From positions 48,980,001 to 49,044,000 of the forward strand of contig NC_047017.1 of NCBI RefSeq assembly GCF_902652985.1: a DNA stretch of 64,000 nt. The letters run 5' to 3'. The DNA is from Pecten maximus (lineage: Eukaryota). Of this stretch, positions 11,053-23,837 are shown piece by piece; position 1 is the first letter of the stretch, and every line of letters starts with the position of its first letter. Position numbers and translations under genes: made by a program. A model generated the notes under the pieces. The model saw nothing but the letters and a program-made list of their open reading frames with translations, was not told the origin of the DNA and searched no databases.

Positions 11053-13518
11053 TGTAAACATACTGTAATGATGTCACTGTTCTAACATATGATTGGTCAG
11101 CCGTACGGCTTACATGATTGTAATAGCTAAAAATAACCCCAGTATTCATCGAGCTCTATAATATTTGTGGTATAAATAGAACGATGTGTATTGCACCATC
11201 AACATGAAATAGTTAATTTACTCATCGTGACGTACTAGTATTCAATATCATTTTTTTTATTTGAAACAAAGAGTAATTTTATACGACTGTCAGCTGTCGA
11301 AATGTAAACTGGCTCGCCGTGTTTGGTTTATGTAAACATTGCCGTACTACATAGCCAGGGTTCGTACATATGTAGCTGTTGATCCAGATCGATAAATAAA
11401 AATCAAGATAACTCAAGCATACGTTAAATGCAGTTTTGTCTGTCACTTTCCTTAATTTCAACATCTTAATGACCGAAAAATGAAATGCAGTCAGTACATC
11501 TAATGTAGTGCAACTGTCGTGCATAAAATATCGCAGACTATAAGTATTAAAATATTGTTTTCCATTTTTTTGAGATCGTTTGTCCTTCTATGTGGGATCA
11601 GCCTGAAATGTAGAACATTAGCATACATTTGTTTTTTATTCAAATAAGTTCGAATATTAAATATTATTACACATTTTAGAAGTTTACCATAAAAAAGTAG
11701 CATAAACGGAAAATTTGCTTTTTATCTTTACAAGAAATACATGCCACCCAGCCCATGTCCGACTAATTAACGTGTATTTCAAGGTTTAAAAACCATGTTC
11801 AGCGGGTGAAGGACTTCTTTATTAGTAAGGTTTACCGTGGACGATAAAAACAGGTTCTGATCTAATCTGGTCTTAATCGTTTGGTCCGGTTTGGCCAGGT
11901 CTCGGATGATCTCAACGGTCCCAAAATGTGGTCAGATCTGGTCACGTATTATATATACTGACTCGTATGCATACAGAATATAACTTTACCGTCACCTTTA
12001 ACTTTGAAAAAGGATAATTGAGAATAACGTCTTAAGATCTGATTAGACTCTTTGTTTTGTACTGGAGTTTTTTTCCCTGACCTCACTTCTTGATTGCCAC
12101 AGTCCTATAAAAAGGACAAACATCTGTATGATTGACTTTTATATCTTATTTTAAATTGACATGTGGTGTATTTGTTATTAAATTCTTATTTAAAATGGCT
12201 TTTTAACCTGTGTGTATACAACTTAACATAGTACAGGTACACTCTAGGTGTATTTACCTATCTCTCGTGAGTCAACAAACAAATTAACATGTTACAGGTA
12301 GTATTAATTGTCGAACACGTGTACATACCTCTTGTGAGTCAATAAACAAATTAACATATGACAGGTAGTGTTATTTGTTCAACACGTGTACATCTTATTT
12401 GTAGACAATTACTCTTAACCTGGTTTGACGATCTCTTCCACGTAAGTCAACAAACAATTGAACATCTTACAGGTAGTAGTATTGGCTCGTACATACATAA
12501 ATATCCTTTGTAGACAATTACACATAGCCTCGTATAACGATCTACCATACGTGAAATAAAACGAACAATTTAACATCTTACAGGTAGTGTTATTGTCTAT
12601 ATTGGTCTTTTACGTCTGAGGAAGATAACAGCTGTTATCGAAACGTTACTAGCGATAACTTCATTGTGTTAAAAAAATAACCATTTATATAGTTATCCTT
12701 ATCAACCGGAGGAAACTGAAGACAACATACAGAACAGAATTGCGGAAACAATATAATAACCAATCTACAATAAAAAAAAATCAAAAGTTTACATTAAACA
12801 ATAGTTTATTTTATTTCTTAACAATGACACGCAAAACAAGCATACATACGTATATAATTCAAATCTTCTATAAATCACTAAAAAAAGACAAGTATTAACA
12901 AAAAAGGAAAGCAATGGCATTAACAAACAGTTCTTCGGTAAACACCGGGTCATTGGAGATATGAATATTTGAAACAATAACACAGCAATATATATGTGAT
13001 ATGTTCTTCCAAACACCGACAGATTCGAATTACATTCGACTAGACGTCACATTGACCATACCGATTGTAATTATGTTTCAAAATCGGAAAAAAAACTATG
13101 ACAACACTTCAACAAAGGAGAAAAATGAGTCGTATGCCCCGAATAGGTAAGCAACTTTGTTTTGTCTAGGTCAAATTTATACAATGTCATGTTCTCGTGT
13201 TAAAGCGACTATAACTGTAAAATCACTGTCGAGTGTTATCAGGCGTGACATTTTTTTAAACCCTTAATTATGCAACTAAGGCAATCACTTAATCACGGCA
13301 ATTAGAAGCGTCCACAACCGTGCTTTGTAAAATCGACCGCGGTAAACACTAAAACTGGCACACGTATAGTTATAGAACATGGTGTATCGATATCACTACT
13401 TATAAGAGGAGATCACAGATTAAGGAGTATGGAATCTATAGTTATAGTCGCGTTTAAGGATTCTATAAAATACAATACCTAAAACTATAAGATAGTACAT
13501 TGCCATTCATTATTTTGG

Positions 13519-13874
13519 CTAAGATGAATACTTGTTTCGCGTTTTCGACTTTTGCAACATCCTAGAAGCCTGTTCATACGTTATATATCGCTCTCTACAA
13601 TATTCCAGGTGTCCGTCCCGTGGATTTCCTCTGATGTCGCATCTGCCTCCTCCATGGGGGTCTCTAATTGGTCAACACCAACCGACCTGTCCTCAACAAC
13701 AGGGATTACATTCAAAGTCTGACCTAATGTCTGCCATGTTGGTGTAACCAGCCATCCGTCTAGAGGTGACTGAAGCTGCTTGTAAGTCGAAATCATTCCT
13801 CTGCCACCTTTTTGCCTGTTATATCTTTTGAATTCATCTTAGCCTGAATTCTGTTGGTCATTTCATCGTCATTT
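13519..13874 (-). pseudogene. Frameshifted 3' remnant of a paralogue of the vWA gene
   Basis: The minus strand reads NDDEMTNRIQAKMNSKDITGKK / QRNDFDLQAASVTSRRMAGYTNMADIRSDF / DTWNIVESDI / YEQASRMLQKSKTRNKY. The intact gene reads NDDEMTRRVQAKMDSKGIRGKKLQRNNFDLEAAS..FTNMEDVRSNF..DTWDTVESNISYGQAARMVQKSKSRNNY. Confidence 0.85.
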
Positions 13875-15116
13875 CAAATAACATTTTTAAAAAAACGACG
13901 GTACTTTTTTGAATATAGCATTAAACTTCCGAAAACACGTATATTAAAATATTGTTCGGTAAACAATATTTAATAATAATTAATAATTAATATATTTATT
14001 CATAAATAAATAAACACACTTCTTTCAAAATGATAAAATTACAAACATCTTTTTCATAAAAAAAACGGGTCGCCTTGTAGTAATAAAAATGAGTACCTTT
14101 ACAATCCTTTTCAGTCAAATACATTTTGTAAGTGCACTGTCGTCGATATAAAGAAGTCCAATACCACATTCAGTGAAGTTATTAGCTATTTATGACATCT
14201 CGTGGGATATTTTTTCAGAGGATTTCTACATCCTACTAAATATTTTTAATTTATTTGAACTTAGCATATAGTTTTGAAGTTGTATCGAAATAAAGGGCAG
14301 TAACTCGTGATGCACTAAGCAATGTATATGCGCTTACATATATATATAAGCTAAACTTTCTATTACTGGTATTGTGCATCTGACAAAGCATGATAACCAT
14401 TTAACAGTTATTCTTATTTTATCTATTTGGAAGGTAAATATGTTTCCAAAATTAGTTATGAAACTTTTTGTTTCTTTTGTGGAGATAATTAAATTGCATC
14501 AGAAACCCACAGGAACTTGGCACATTATGATACATATAAATATGTATGGTCCATGAAAATTATACCCGGCCCCTGTGGTTGGTATGGTATCGATATACAA
14601 ACCTATTTTATATAGTTATAAAACACACATAGAGAATGATTTGTGAATTAATCACTGAAGCGATTGGTGAGGGGTTATCTCCTTTTGATGTCTCACTTAA
14701 TCAAACCAGAAACAACAACAACAAACACATCAACAGAAAAAGACAAGTTAAGTTCCATTTGCTTTTCATGATAGGTTGTTCTTCAATATACGAGTTTTAT
14801 ATCCGACATATGGCTTTCGACTCTATAGTCCAAGTCCGGACATTCATATAAAGTATAATCAGGTAAACACACCTGAACATTTACGTTCAGATCAATTATG
14901 GTAGATAAGTTTACCTATAGTACATATATCTTTATACGGTGTCACCCTGTTTCTCCTAAAACTGAAAAATATATATCTTGATTGTCCCAAAAACTTATGT
15001 AAACCAAAATAGGTGGAGTGTTGTTTTAACAGTTAGGTTACCTGTTACCTGTACAGGTAAATCGAAAGTTCCTGTTACCTGTATAGGTAAATTATGCTGT
15101 CTGTTACTAAATATAT

Positions 15117-16738
15117 GTAAGTAAGTAAGTAAGTAAGTAAATAGTTTATTCAAGTGTCACATGTTTCAATACAATACATAAAATACAGTTTTCATCACTG
15201 AGTTATTAAAACACCCGGCCGATTTCGACCTATGAGACACTGTCATATCATCATCTAATAAGAGCTATGCATTAACTAAATTTAAGAAATACATGCTAAA
15301 ATATTCTAAAGTATTGTCACATTTGCTTACAATATATTACAATTTTAAAATGTACAATAAACCTGATCCAATTCATAAAATATTCAACTATGATAAAATC
15401 AGATAAATCTGACACAATTTCTAAAATATCTCATCCTTAAAAGCATTGCCGTCTTCTGTACATTTTATATAAAACAGATGATAATGAGCACTGTAGTGCA
15501 TTATTATTCATTAAATATATAAGTTTATGTTGGGAGTCAAGCTCAAAAAAAGTAGGATTAAACAATCCTGCTTGCTCCAACAAAGTATTTCTTAAATCAT
15601 CGTAAAAATCACAATCAATCAGGAAGTGAGTTTCATCTTCAATATGGTTTGAACTACATAATCGACAAACTCGTTCTTGTAATGGAGTTTTTGGAACAGT
15701 GTACCGACCGGTCTCTATATTCAATTTTAAGTTACCACAGCGAAATTTCGCTAAACATTTACGGTGGTGCCTACTGATAATCGTGGTGACATAATATTCA
15801 GGTGTAACATAATATTTATACTTTCTGTAAGTTCTAAGTTTGTTTCCGTTCTCATTACCAATATCATTCCATAAATCTCTATACCAGTTTCCTCTATCCT
15901 CATTACTTAATACTATTTTAGCAATATTTAAACAATGAATTTTATCAACATCATGTATTAAAAAGTCTGTAAGATCACGATCCTGGAGAAATTTCTTAGT
16001 TTTGGTTTCCCAACTCTTTGGAGTAGACAGAGACCATGCATGTATCTTATACGTTATTCTGTCCATATCTGTACTACGAAGTCTTAGCCACAATCTACAC
16101 ACTTCAAGTTTTTGTTTCACCATACAGGAATCCCAGCCCATGTCGCCACGCGTTGCGATATTTGATGCGTTTTTTCCACAGCCAAGAAAGTATCTACATG
16201 CTCTGTTTTGAACAGTTTGTATAAACTTGTACGTATTTAGGCCCCATATACCCGCGCCGTAAAATAAAACAGGCTCAACCAGCGATTCATACAATGATTT
16301 AAAAACTGAATATGTCATTCCACCAGCTAGTATAAATTTAGTATATAGGGCACATAAAGCTCTACCCGCTGATTTTGAGAGTTCACGTGCAGTAATAGTC
16401 ATATCAGGGTGTTCAGTGAACCATAGTCCTAGGTACCTATAACGGTCCACGGTCGAAATGTCAAGGTCGCCACAGGTAAAGCTCACGAGAGATTGAGGCA
16501 CCGACGGGTTTCTGAAGTGAATCACTTTGGTTTTTGACTGATTAACCTGTAAGCGCCACTTTCTACACCACTCGCCGAGACTGTCTAACATACGTTGGAG
16601 AGAGTGTTCATCCGGGGCCATCAGCGCGATATCATCGGCGTATAGGAGGAGTGAAATGTAAATGTTATCTACCGGTATGCCACAGTTCAGACCATTTATG
16701 TCATGCACAAGGTCATTGATGTATATAGAAAAAAGTGT
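15117..16738 (-). mobile_element. 5'-truncated non-LTR retrotransposon: RT C-terminal half plus CCHC domain, 3'UTR and (TTAC)n tail
   Basis: Uninterrupted ORF TLFSIYINDL..LLYADDIAL..NQSKTKVIHF..YRYLG..LNIETGRY..CRLC..EDETHFLIDC, with stop at 15437. On the minus strand AATAAA is followed by (ttac)n at 15117-15140. A possible weak TSD tatatg lies at 15112-15117 and 16739-16744. Confidence 0.9.
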
Positions 16739-17217
16739 TATATGCGTTAAAAATAGATAAAATAAAAATGATGTACAGTATATGGTATAATTTGTGTTAA
16801 ATATATAGAAAAGATTATACAATATATTTTGTTTAAGTGTCACATGTCAATTTGACATAAAACATCATAAGTTTTAAAACTATACAGAATTATTAAAATT
16901 AAAATTTGACACCTAGCCTATGAAGTAAAGGCTAATGAGACACTCGTAGAAATAAAAAAAAAAAAAGTACATATTACATATTAAGTGCATGACTTCTCAA
17001 TGATTGTTACAATGAAGCGAATCTGAACATGTCTTACAATGGTGGATCGTTAGGGCCAAATATCAAATCTCGCATTATCGCTCTCTCAGCCTTAGGTCGA
17101 AAACGTGATAATGTGAAAATGCGACGGCGAAGAAGCTAAAACGCAAGGGCATAGGCATCAGACCACAGCTTCTCGCTTCCAGGAAAAATTCCATTACTAA
17201 TGTGCACATTCAAGACG

Positions 17218-17785
17218 TGAATATTTCGATACCAACTTGAAGTTTACAGACACGTCAACATGATAACGGCTAAGGCCAATATGATTGTGGGATTACTGTT
17301 TAAATATTTTACATACATGATCATGGACATATACATTTTTTAGATCTTTTACAAACGTGACCATAGACATGGAAAGGGTTTAGATTTGTTATATACATTA
17401 CCAAATAAATGTTTTAAAGTCTATACAAATCATGAGAAGACCCGGCCATGTGAACTGTACATCTGTTTGGTTTTCAATGTGCAAGAAGGACCGGAAGACT
17501 TTGGAAAATGTGCAGCGCCACGCCACAAAGATTGTGCCTAATATACACAACATGAGCCACAGAGAACAACTAAAGACGTTAGGTTTACCATTACTGGAAT
17601 ATAGACATGGGAGAGCAGATACGTTCAACCTGTTTAAGATCTATAACGATCTAGTTGACTCCACTACAGATAACATTACACTGATGACAGGTCTGAGCGT
17701 TCATAACCTAAAACGTCACAGCAAAACAAGCAGTGATTGATAAATGCAACAACTTTGAATTGTTTTAAATCACGCCTGAATGGAG
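17218..17785 (+). mobile_element. Decayed CR1-type LINE 3' ORF remnant
   Basis: FDTNLKF..HVNMITAKANMIVG..TSVW..LENVQRHATKIVPNIHNMSHREQLKTLGLPLLEYR..FKI..INATTLNCFKSRL, with frameshifts. Confidence 0.8.
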
Positions 17786-18890
17786 ACTGAATCGAGCCTG
17801 AATCGAGCCTTAGTCCGGCATGCTACAGTATGGGAGTAGGTTTGGAGCCTGTACCAACCATACCTAGACTAGGATGGCCACCTTGGTGAGTTACGGGTCA
17901 GATCTCCGAATGTCATCTCAGCTCAGCCAATCAGTCGCCTCATAGGAAATTGTCTGTGTGATTCAGTCAGACGTATAATTCCTGTATATCTGGTATACAT
18001 GTATTCGCCGGAAAACCTGTAATCCCGGGTTATTCTGTATTGTATTGCAGTAAACCTGGTAGAACATGCAGATTCCACTTGTGGTAACCTTGTAAAAGTA
18101 CCTTTCTGAATGTCCACATTAAGGTATACAGAGGTGTTTACTTTTTCTTACTATCCATAATTTAGATTTAGTTATTAACTTAGAGTTACATCTCTGTGGA
18201 AATGAACATCTGCCCTTACACACAAATATAATTATATTCAGAAATGTGCACGTTTATAAAAACCAGCAATTACTTTCTTCTGTATGTCCTTTGTTTAGAA
18301 TCTTCGTAGAACAATGTTACAAAAAATATTTAATTAATGATTATCACTTTTTTGCCAACTGTTGAACCTTTATGCTTATTTGGAAAAGGGCTTCAATAAT
18401 GTTATTATAACTTGTTCCAAATCCTATTTGGTTTGATTTATGACAATAAGAATATGTTTCAATCAAATCAATTGTAGAGCAACGTAGTGGGGCGGGTTAC
18501 GGAAGTGTACCGCAGAGGAGCGGAAATTACAAGTCTAATTTCAAATAGATTCATTCTGATCATTATATTTAATTACATTTGTGACAATTCTGCTTTAATC
18601 AGATTGTGAGCATTCTGTTATAATTAGATTGTGATCATACTGATAATAGATTATAATGTGAAAACATCAGTTGGAATTTGATCAAATAATTAAATATATT
18701 GTAATTAATAAAAAGGGGGGAAAAGATATCTATGCTGTTATGTAACGTCAACCTATATAGATAGGTGTCAGATTTATATAAGTGTCTTGACACTTGTTTC
18801 TGATTCCTTTTTGTATCATTTATATGGTATATATATATATATATTGTTAAATGGAAACTGACAAATAAAAGACAGTTTAAACTAAGATTC

Positions 18891-19555
18891 ATTAGATTGT
18901 GATAATCCTGTTATAATTAGATTGTGATAATTCTATTATAATTAGATTGTGATCATTCTATATTAATAAGATTGTGATCATTCTATATTAATTAGATTGT
19001 TATAATCCTGTTATAATTAGATTGTGATAATTCTATATTAATGAGATTGTGATCATTCTATATTAAGTAGATTGTGATCATTCTATATTAATGAGATTGT
19101 GATCATTCTATATTAAGTAGATTGTGATCATTCTATATTTATTAGATTGTTATAATCCTGCTATAATTAGATTGTGATAATTCTATTATAATTAGATTGT
19201 GATCATTCTATATTGATAAGATTGTGATCATTCTATATTAATTAGATTGTGATCATTCTATATTAATTAGATTGTGATCATTCTATATTAATTAGATTGT
19301 GAACATTCTATATTAATTAGATTGTGATCATTCTATATTAATTAGATTGTGATCATTCTATATTAATTAGATTGTGATCATTCTATATTAATAAGATTGT
19401 GATCATTCTATATTAATTAGATTGTGATCATTCTATATTAATTAGATTGTGATCATTCTATATTAATAAGATTGTGAACATTCTATATTAAGTAGATTGT
19501 GATCATTCTATTATAATTAGATTGTGATCTTTCTGTTTTAATTAGATTGTAATCA
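18891..19555. repeat. 25-bp minisatellite (attagattgtgatcattctatatta), about 26 copies
   Basis: Directly visible tandem units; degenerate precursor-like units at about 18555-18660. Confidence 0.95.
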
Positions 19556-22469
19556 TTATTCTATTTTATTAAATTGTAAGAAATACACTATTGTAAAAAG
19601 TTTGGAAGGGACTTCTACAAATACGAAAACCAAATCGCCCACTTTCTTTTTCCTTCCGTCGAACAATATTGGCCGCAATTTATGCGCAACGTCTGAACGG
19701 GATCTCTAGATCAGAGCAAGGTAAAATATTGATTGTCTGCTTCAAATGAAATGTCACTTTTTTAAATAAAAAATGAAAAACAATTGAAGAGATAACTTGG
19801 GCTTTGTTTAAATATTAAATATATTGAACTCGTCAAATCAAACGAACGTACGACAATTAATAGGTAAAGACAGGAATAGTGTGATATGTACTCGGGAACA
19901 CGAAAGGTGCTCCATAGTGTCTAGACTCACGAGTTTTATGCGATTCTCGGTCGGAAATGTCTGATAGATGTTTAGTGTGTGCGGTGGTTTAGCTTCCAGA
20001 TGGTAAATGATGGAACAAACTTGGAGTAGTGCGATTTTCTCATTGTTCTAGCTGTATTCCTGTGTGACGTCGAACATAGCGATATTCGCCACTGTCACGG
20101 GTAAGTCAGCATCCCCAGCACTGAAATCCCAAAAGCAACCTTAGTAGGATTGGTTAAAGACTACAAGGGGTACAGGTAGTTATATTTGTTGTTTGTAAAA
20201 GGTGTCTTAATGACCTTTTGAGAGGTATCAGTAATCATGCGTATGGTTGGTATATATATATCTTGTCAGGTCATAGACAAGCGGCTACGCTGACCCGTCA
20301 ATTAGACAGGTTTTTTTTTTTTTATCGTCGAAGACTTGGATTCGTTTTCAGTAATGGAAATAGATCATTAATATCAATATTAATATAATTATCTTAAATA
20401 TTATTTAACAATGTTTCAGCAGTAAATTTCAAATTAACACATTGCATCAGTGAACATTTAAAGCAAAGTCAAATTTAGCGATTTAGATATATTCACTGCC
20501 ATCCAGAAAATAAACCTATACACACTTTTTTGACTTGTTGCAATATATTAAGTGGAGGAACCTGTTTTCCAAGATATCAAAAAAAAATGCATATGAGATG
20601 TTCTATAACATTATAATCTCTGAATGATCCCTTAAAAACAGTTACGTTATTCTGTGAAAAATTGCACTCAATTTAACGAAAGGAGGGGTCAATATTTGGG
20701 CCCCCACTTTAATTTCTTTCTTTTTTTCAGATAGGCGTTGACCGCACTTTTAAAAACATTCTCTGCAAAGTAACCAGGAACTAGTGGTTGCAGTGCATAT
20801 ACATCCGATCTGCAACACGTCAGTGTTGGCAAAGATAAACCACAAAACAAGTAGACTAATCTCTTATACCCCGATAAGGACATCGTTCTCCTATAGTGTT
20901 TACGTTACACAATGGAAAAAAAGTAAATAAAGGCACAGCTATTTAACACGCGGACATTAAACAAACATGCTTATCTGTCTGGTGACGTCCACCAGTTACT
21001 GAGCAAGTTCCCTGTAAAGTTTGAACAGTGCCTGTCTGGATACTAAAGGTGAGTAAGTTTTAATTGTTACCATTATCGTCCAGATGTAAATTCTAATTAA
21101 CCAAGTTATCATTATCGTCCAGATGTAAATTTTTAATTAACCAAGTTATTATTAGAGCCCACATGCTATACGATATTATCAATATAATATTTACTGTATG
21201 TGAATCACAACGTAAACGTGGTGCGAGCGTTTCCTAGATTTATTTCAAGATTTTCAAGATTTGTCACGAGGTCTCGCGTTCAATAAGAATTTCACTGTCA
21301 ATAGAACCCATGTCGTCAACTACTTTTACGATTGATATGTGATGACACACGTTGATACATCACTGATTAGATCAACTATCAAGTTAGAGTCGATTTTTAT
21401 TTGGTATTCAATTTATTTCTATTATTGTTTTCAAAGCAATCAGTTTCTGAATATTAAATGACTAACCAGAGCATCATAAATTTGCATACGCGTTAAAATA
21501 GAGTGGAGATCTTTTTTTTTTTTTTTTTTTTATATATTCGTGTACTTCAAAAAACTCTATGCAGTTGTTATTATTCAGGGTTTGTCTAATTCAAAAGAAA
21601 TAGAGTTAAGATAAAATAGGTTGGATAGAGTACAATCTAGTCAAAATAAGACGTGTAAGTTCTGTCCCTCTACGATACACTGCAATACGTTTATTATACA
21701 TTATTTCATTACACATTATTATATATTATCATCATACACTTTTAGTGAATAGTGTAAGGCTTGGTTCTGTGAGACACATCTGTTTCTGATATATCTCAGA
21801 ATCACATGCATACGGAATAACGTAGACAAATCCAACATCATCTACGGAATTAATAAAATATGTAGTTAATGTCTTCTGGGAAATTGTGTAAATTTGTATA
21901 CATATAAAGTACCATGGATATATTTGACTTTTTTATACCTCGTCAAATCCAAGGTAATATGGGTGTGATAGCATGAGTCACTTTCGCGGTGTTCCAAGTG
22001 TACGTTTAAACGACCGTCACTTTTTATTAACGAGAGTTCAATAAAGACTTTAAAGAGTGTAGTTATTTCAAACAGTCAAACTTGATTGTGATTCTTATAA
22101 AGAACGAGATTTGAATTTGAGACAATGAATGCTCTTCCACTCGATGAAGGAGCCGAGATGAAGCTGAAACTACATATAATGGTTCTGCTCCGTGCCTAGC
22201 TGATCATGGTCGTGTTCCGCGTGCCTTCCAACAAAACGGGAAGTTACCTTACAGGGAGCAGTCATTCTCGAACTTTTAGGTTTTGCCGGTCTCACGAGAG
22301 TCTCGTTCTTTATAAGATATCTTACAAACTTTTCTTTATAAGATATCTTATATCTTTTATGAGATATCTTATACTAGTATATTATATAAGATATCTTTAA
22401 GATAAACTTTAAATAAGATATCTTATCAACATATAAGATATCTTATATAATATTATATTTTGGAAAATA

Positions 22470-22680
22470 CTGGATCAACATTGCTCCTCGAATAAATGAC
22501 AATTTGGCTTGCCATACTCACGCTGCAAAATAACGTCAAATGGCTTTTAGGGCGTAATTTAAAAATTGACTCACCACATATCAAAGAAAGCACATACAGA
22601 AGCATTGTTAGCTCTTCAGTCTGGGACCACACATATAACAGATACATCATCGACAATACAGTAACCGCTATATGGTAAAC
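22470..22680 (+). mobile_element. Highly decayed CR1/L2-group LINE remnant
   Basis: LLGRNLKIDSPHIKESTYRSIV..SSVWD.H resembles the RT-downstream region GFLRRNLK..S..IKE.AY..LVR...SSVWDPH. Confidence 0.5.
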
Positions 22681-23314
22681 ACTGGGTTTAAACAACATTT
22701 AGATTATCTCTGACGAACGACAACTATTTTCTGCAAATGCAATGATTTTATTTCGCTGTGATTTGTTCTGATGAGAGAAAGTTAACAGAAGAACAAATAC
22801 AGATGAGTACCGTGTCTGGCGGACTGTATGGAAGGTCTACTTTATTGATTTACAGGGTATAGTCCACTTAAACAAAGTGTTGATGAGGTATGCAGCGTGC
22901 TAGTTTATGTACGTGTATATAATACTCTGTGTACAGTTTTATAATATGGTATAGAGGAAATCCCTAAATGGTCATAAAATATCACTTCGTTCTGAAAACA
23001 CGTATACAGCTATGGTATTTGTACTTACTCTTCATGTAACTTGTGAATAAAACTATCGCTTACAGGTATATTGTATCATATTTCTTGCTTATTTCAGGTT
23101 CATTTATATCGCAGAATAATGTTGAATTTTATACAAGAATAACTATCTACAAATGCAACCCAAACAATAGTCATGTAATATACCAAAATGTTTGTTTGGG
23201 CATGTAATTTCTTAAAATCACCAATTATTTGCAGTTTCTTGTTTTGGGTTTCTTTGTGACAAGATGTAGCATGGAATAAAAATAATCAAACCTGAACAAA
23301 TAGCCAAGCTGTTA

Positions 23315-23837
23315 TGCTCACGAGTGTCTAGAGCACGGGGTAGGAGCATTTGTTTGTCCGGATTTGACTTTATGTACGTATAAAAACTTATTTTGTCTTG
23401 ACCTTGAAATGCAAATGGCGGTTATGAATAATATTACACAAATATGGCATCAAGTGAAACATTTCAATCAATAAAAATGCTCCTATATCATACTTTTAAT
23501 ACATCTGATCATAGTAAGAAGTACATTTTTAAGACAAATTTGTAAATTAGTGAATTCGGGGCCCTTTCAAGAAACATGCATATTTTATCCCAAACTTAAC
23601 CGTTGAACATTTCATTTCTAAAAGTAGTCTTCTTGCCATGTCTGGAGTTCTTTATATTGTCTAATAAGAGCATTTTTTGATGTTTGAAATACCTCCTTAT
23701 ATGCCATATTTGTGTGATCTTATTTACAAAGGCCATTTGCATTTCAAGGTCAAAATGAAAATAGTGTTTATACATATAATAAAGTCAAATCTGGTCAAAC
23801 CAATGCTCCTATTTTGTGCTTGAGACAATTGTGAGCA
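23315..23837. mobile_element. Old fold-back / MITE-like palindromic element (about 520 bp)
   Basis: The left arm tgctcac..taggagcattt..atttgacttta..tgaccttgaaatgcaaatggc..cacaaatatggcat..aaaaatgctc is mirrored by gagcattttt..atgccatatttgtg..gccatttgcatttcaaggtca..taaagtcaaat..aatgctccta..gtgagca. Confidence 0.8.

Noticed and set aside
12915-13150. Possible Penelope-like retroelement remnant (FFGKHR..DMF)
   Set aside because: Too short and degenerate to call from memory.
16739-16843. N-terminal 35 aa of the 468-aa ORF
   Set aside because: AT-rich flank fused by chance to a 5'-truncated LINE; RT homology begins at TLFSIYIND.
20000-20106. Exon-like segment ending in a GTAAGT donor with a hydrophobic reading (FLIVLAVFLC)
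   Set aside because: In-frame stops follow the nearby ATGs. It may be a non-coding 5' exon (as may the donor at about 21049), but this cannot be supported without transcripts.
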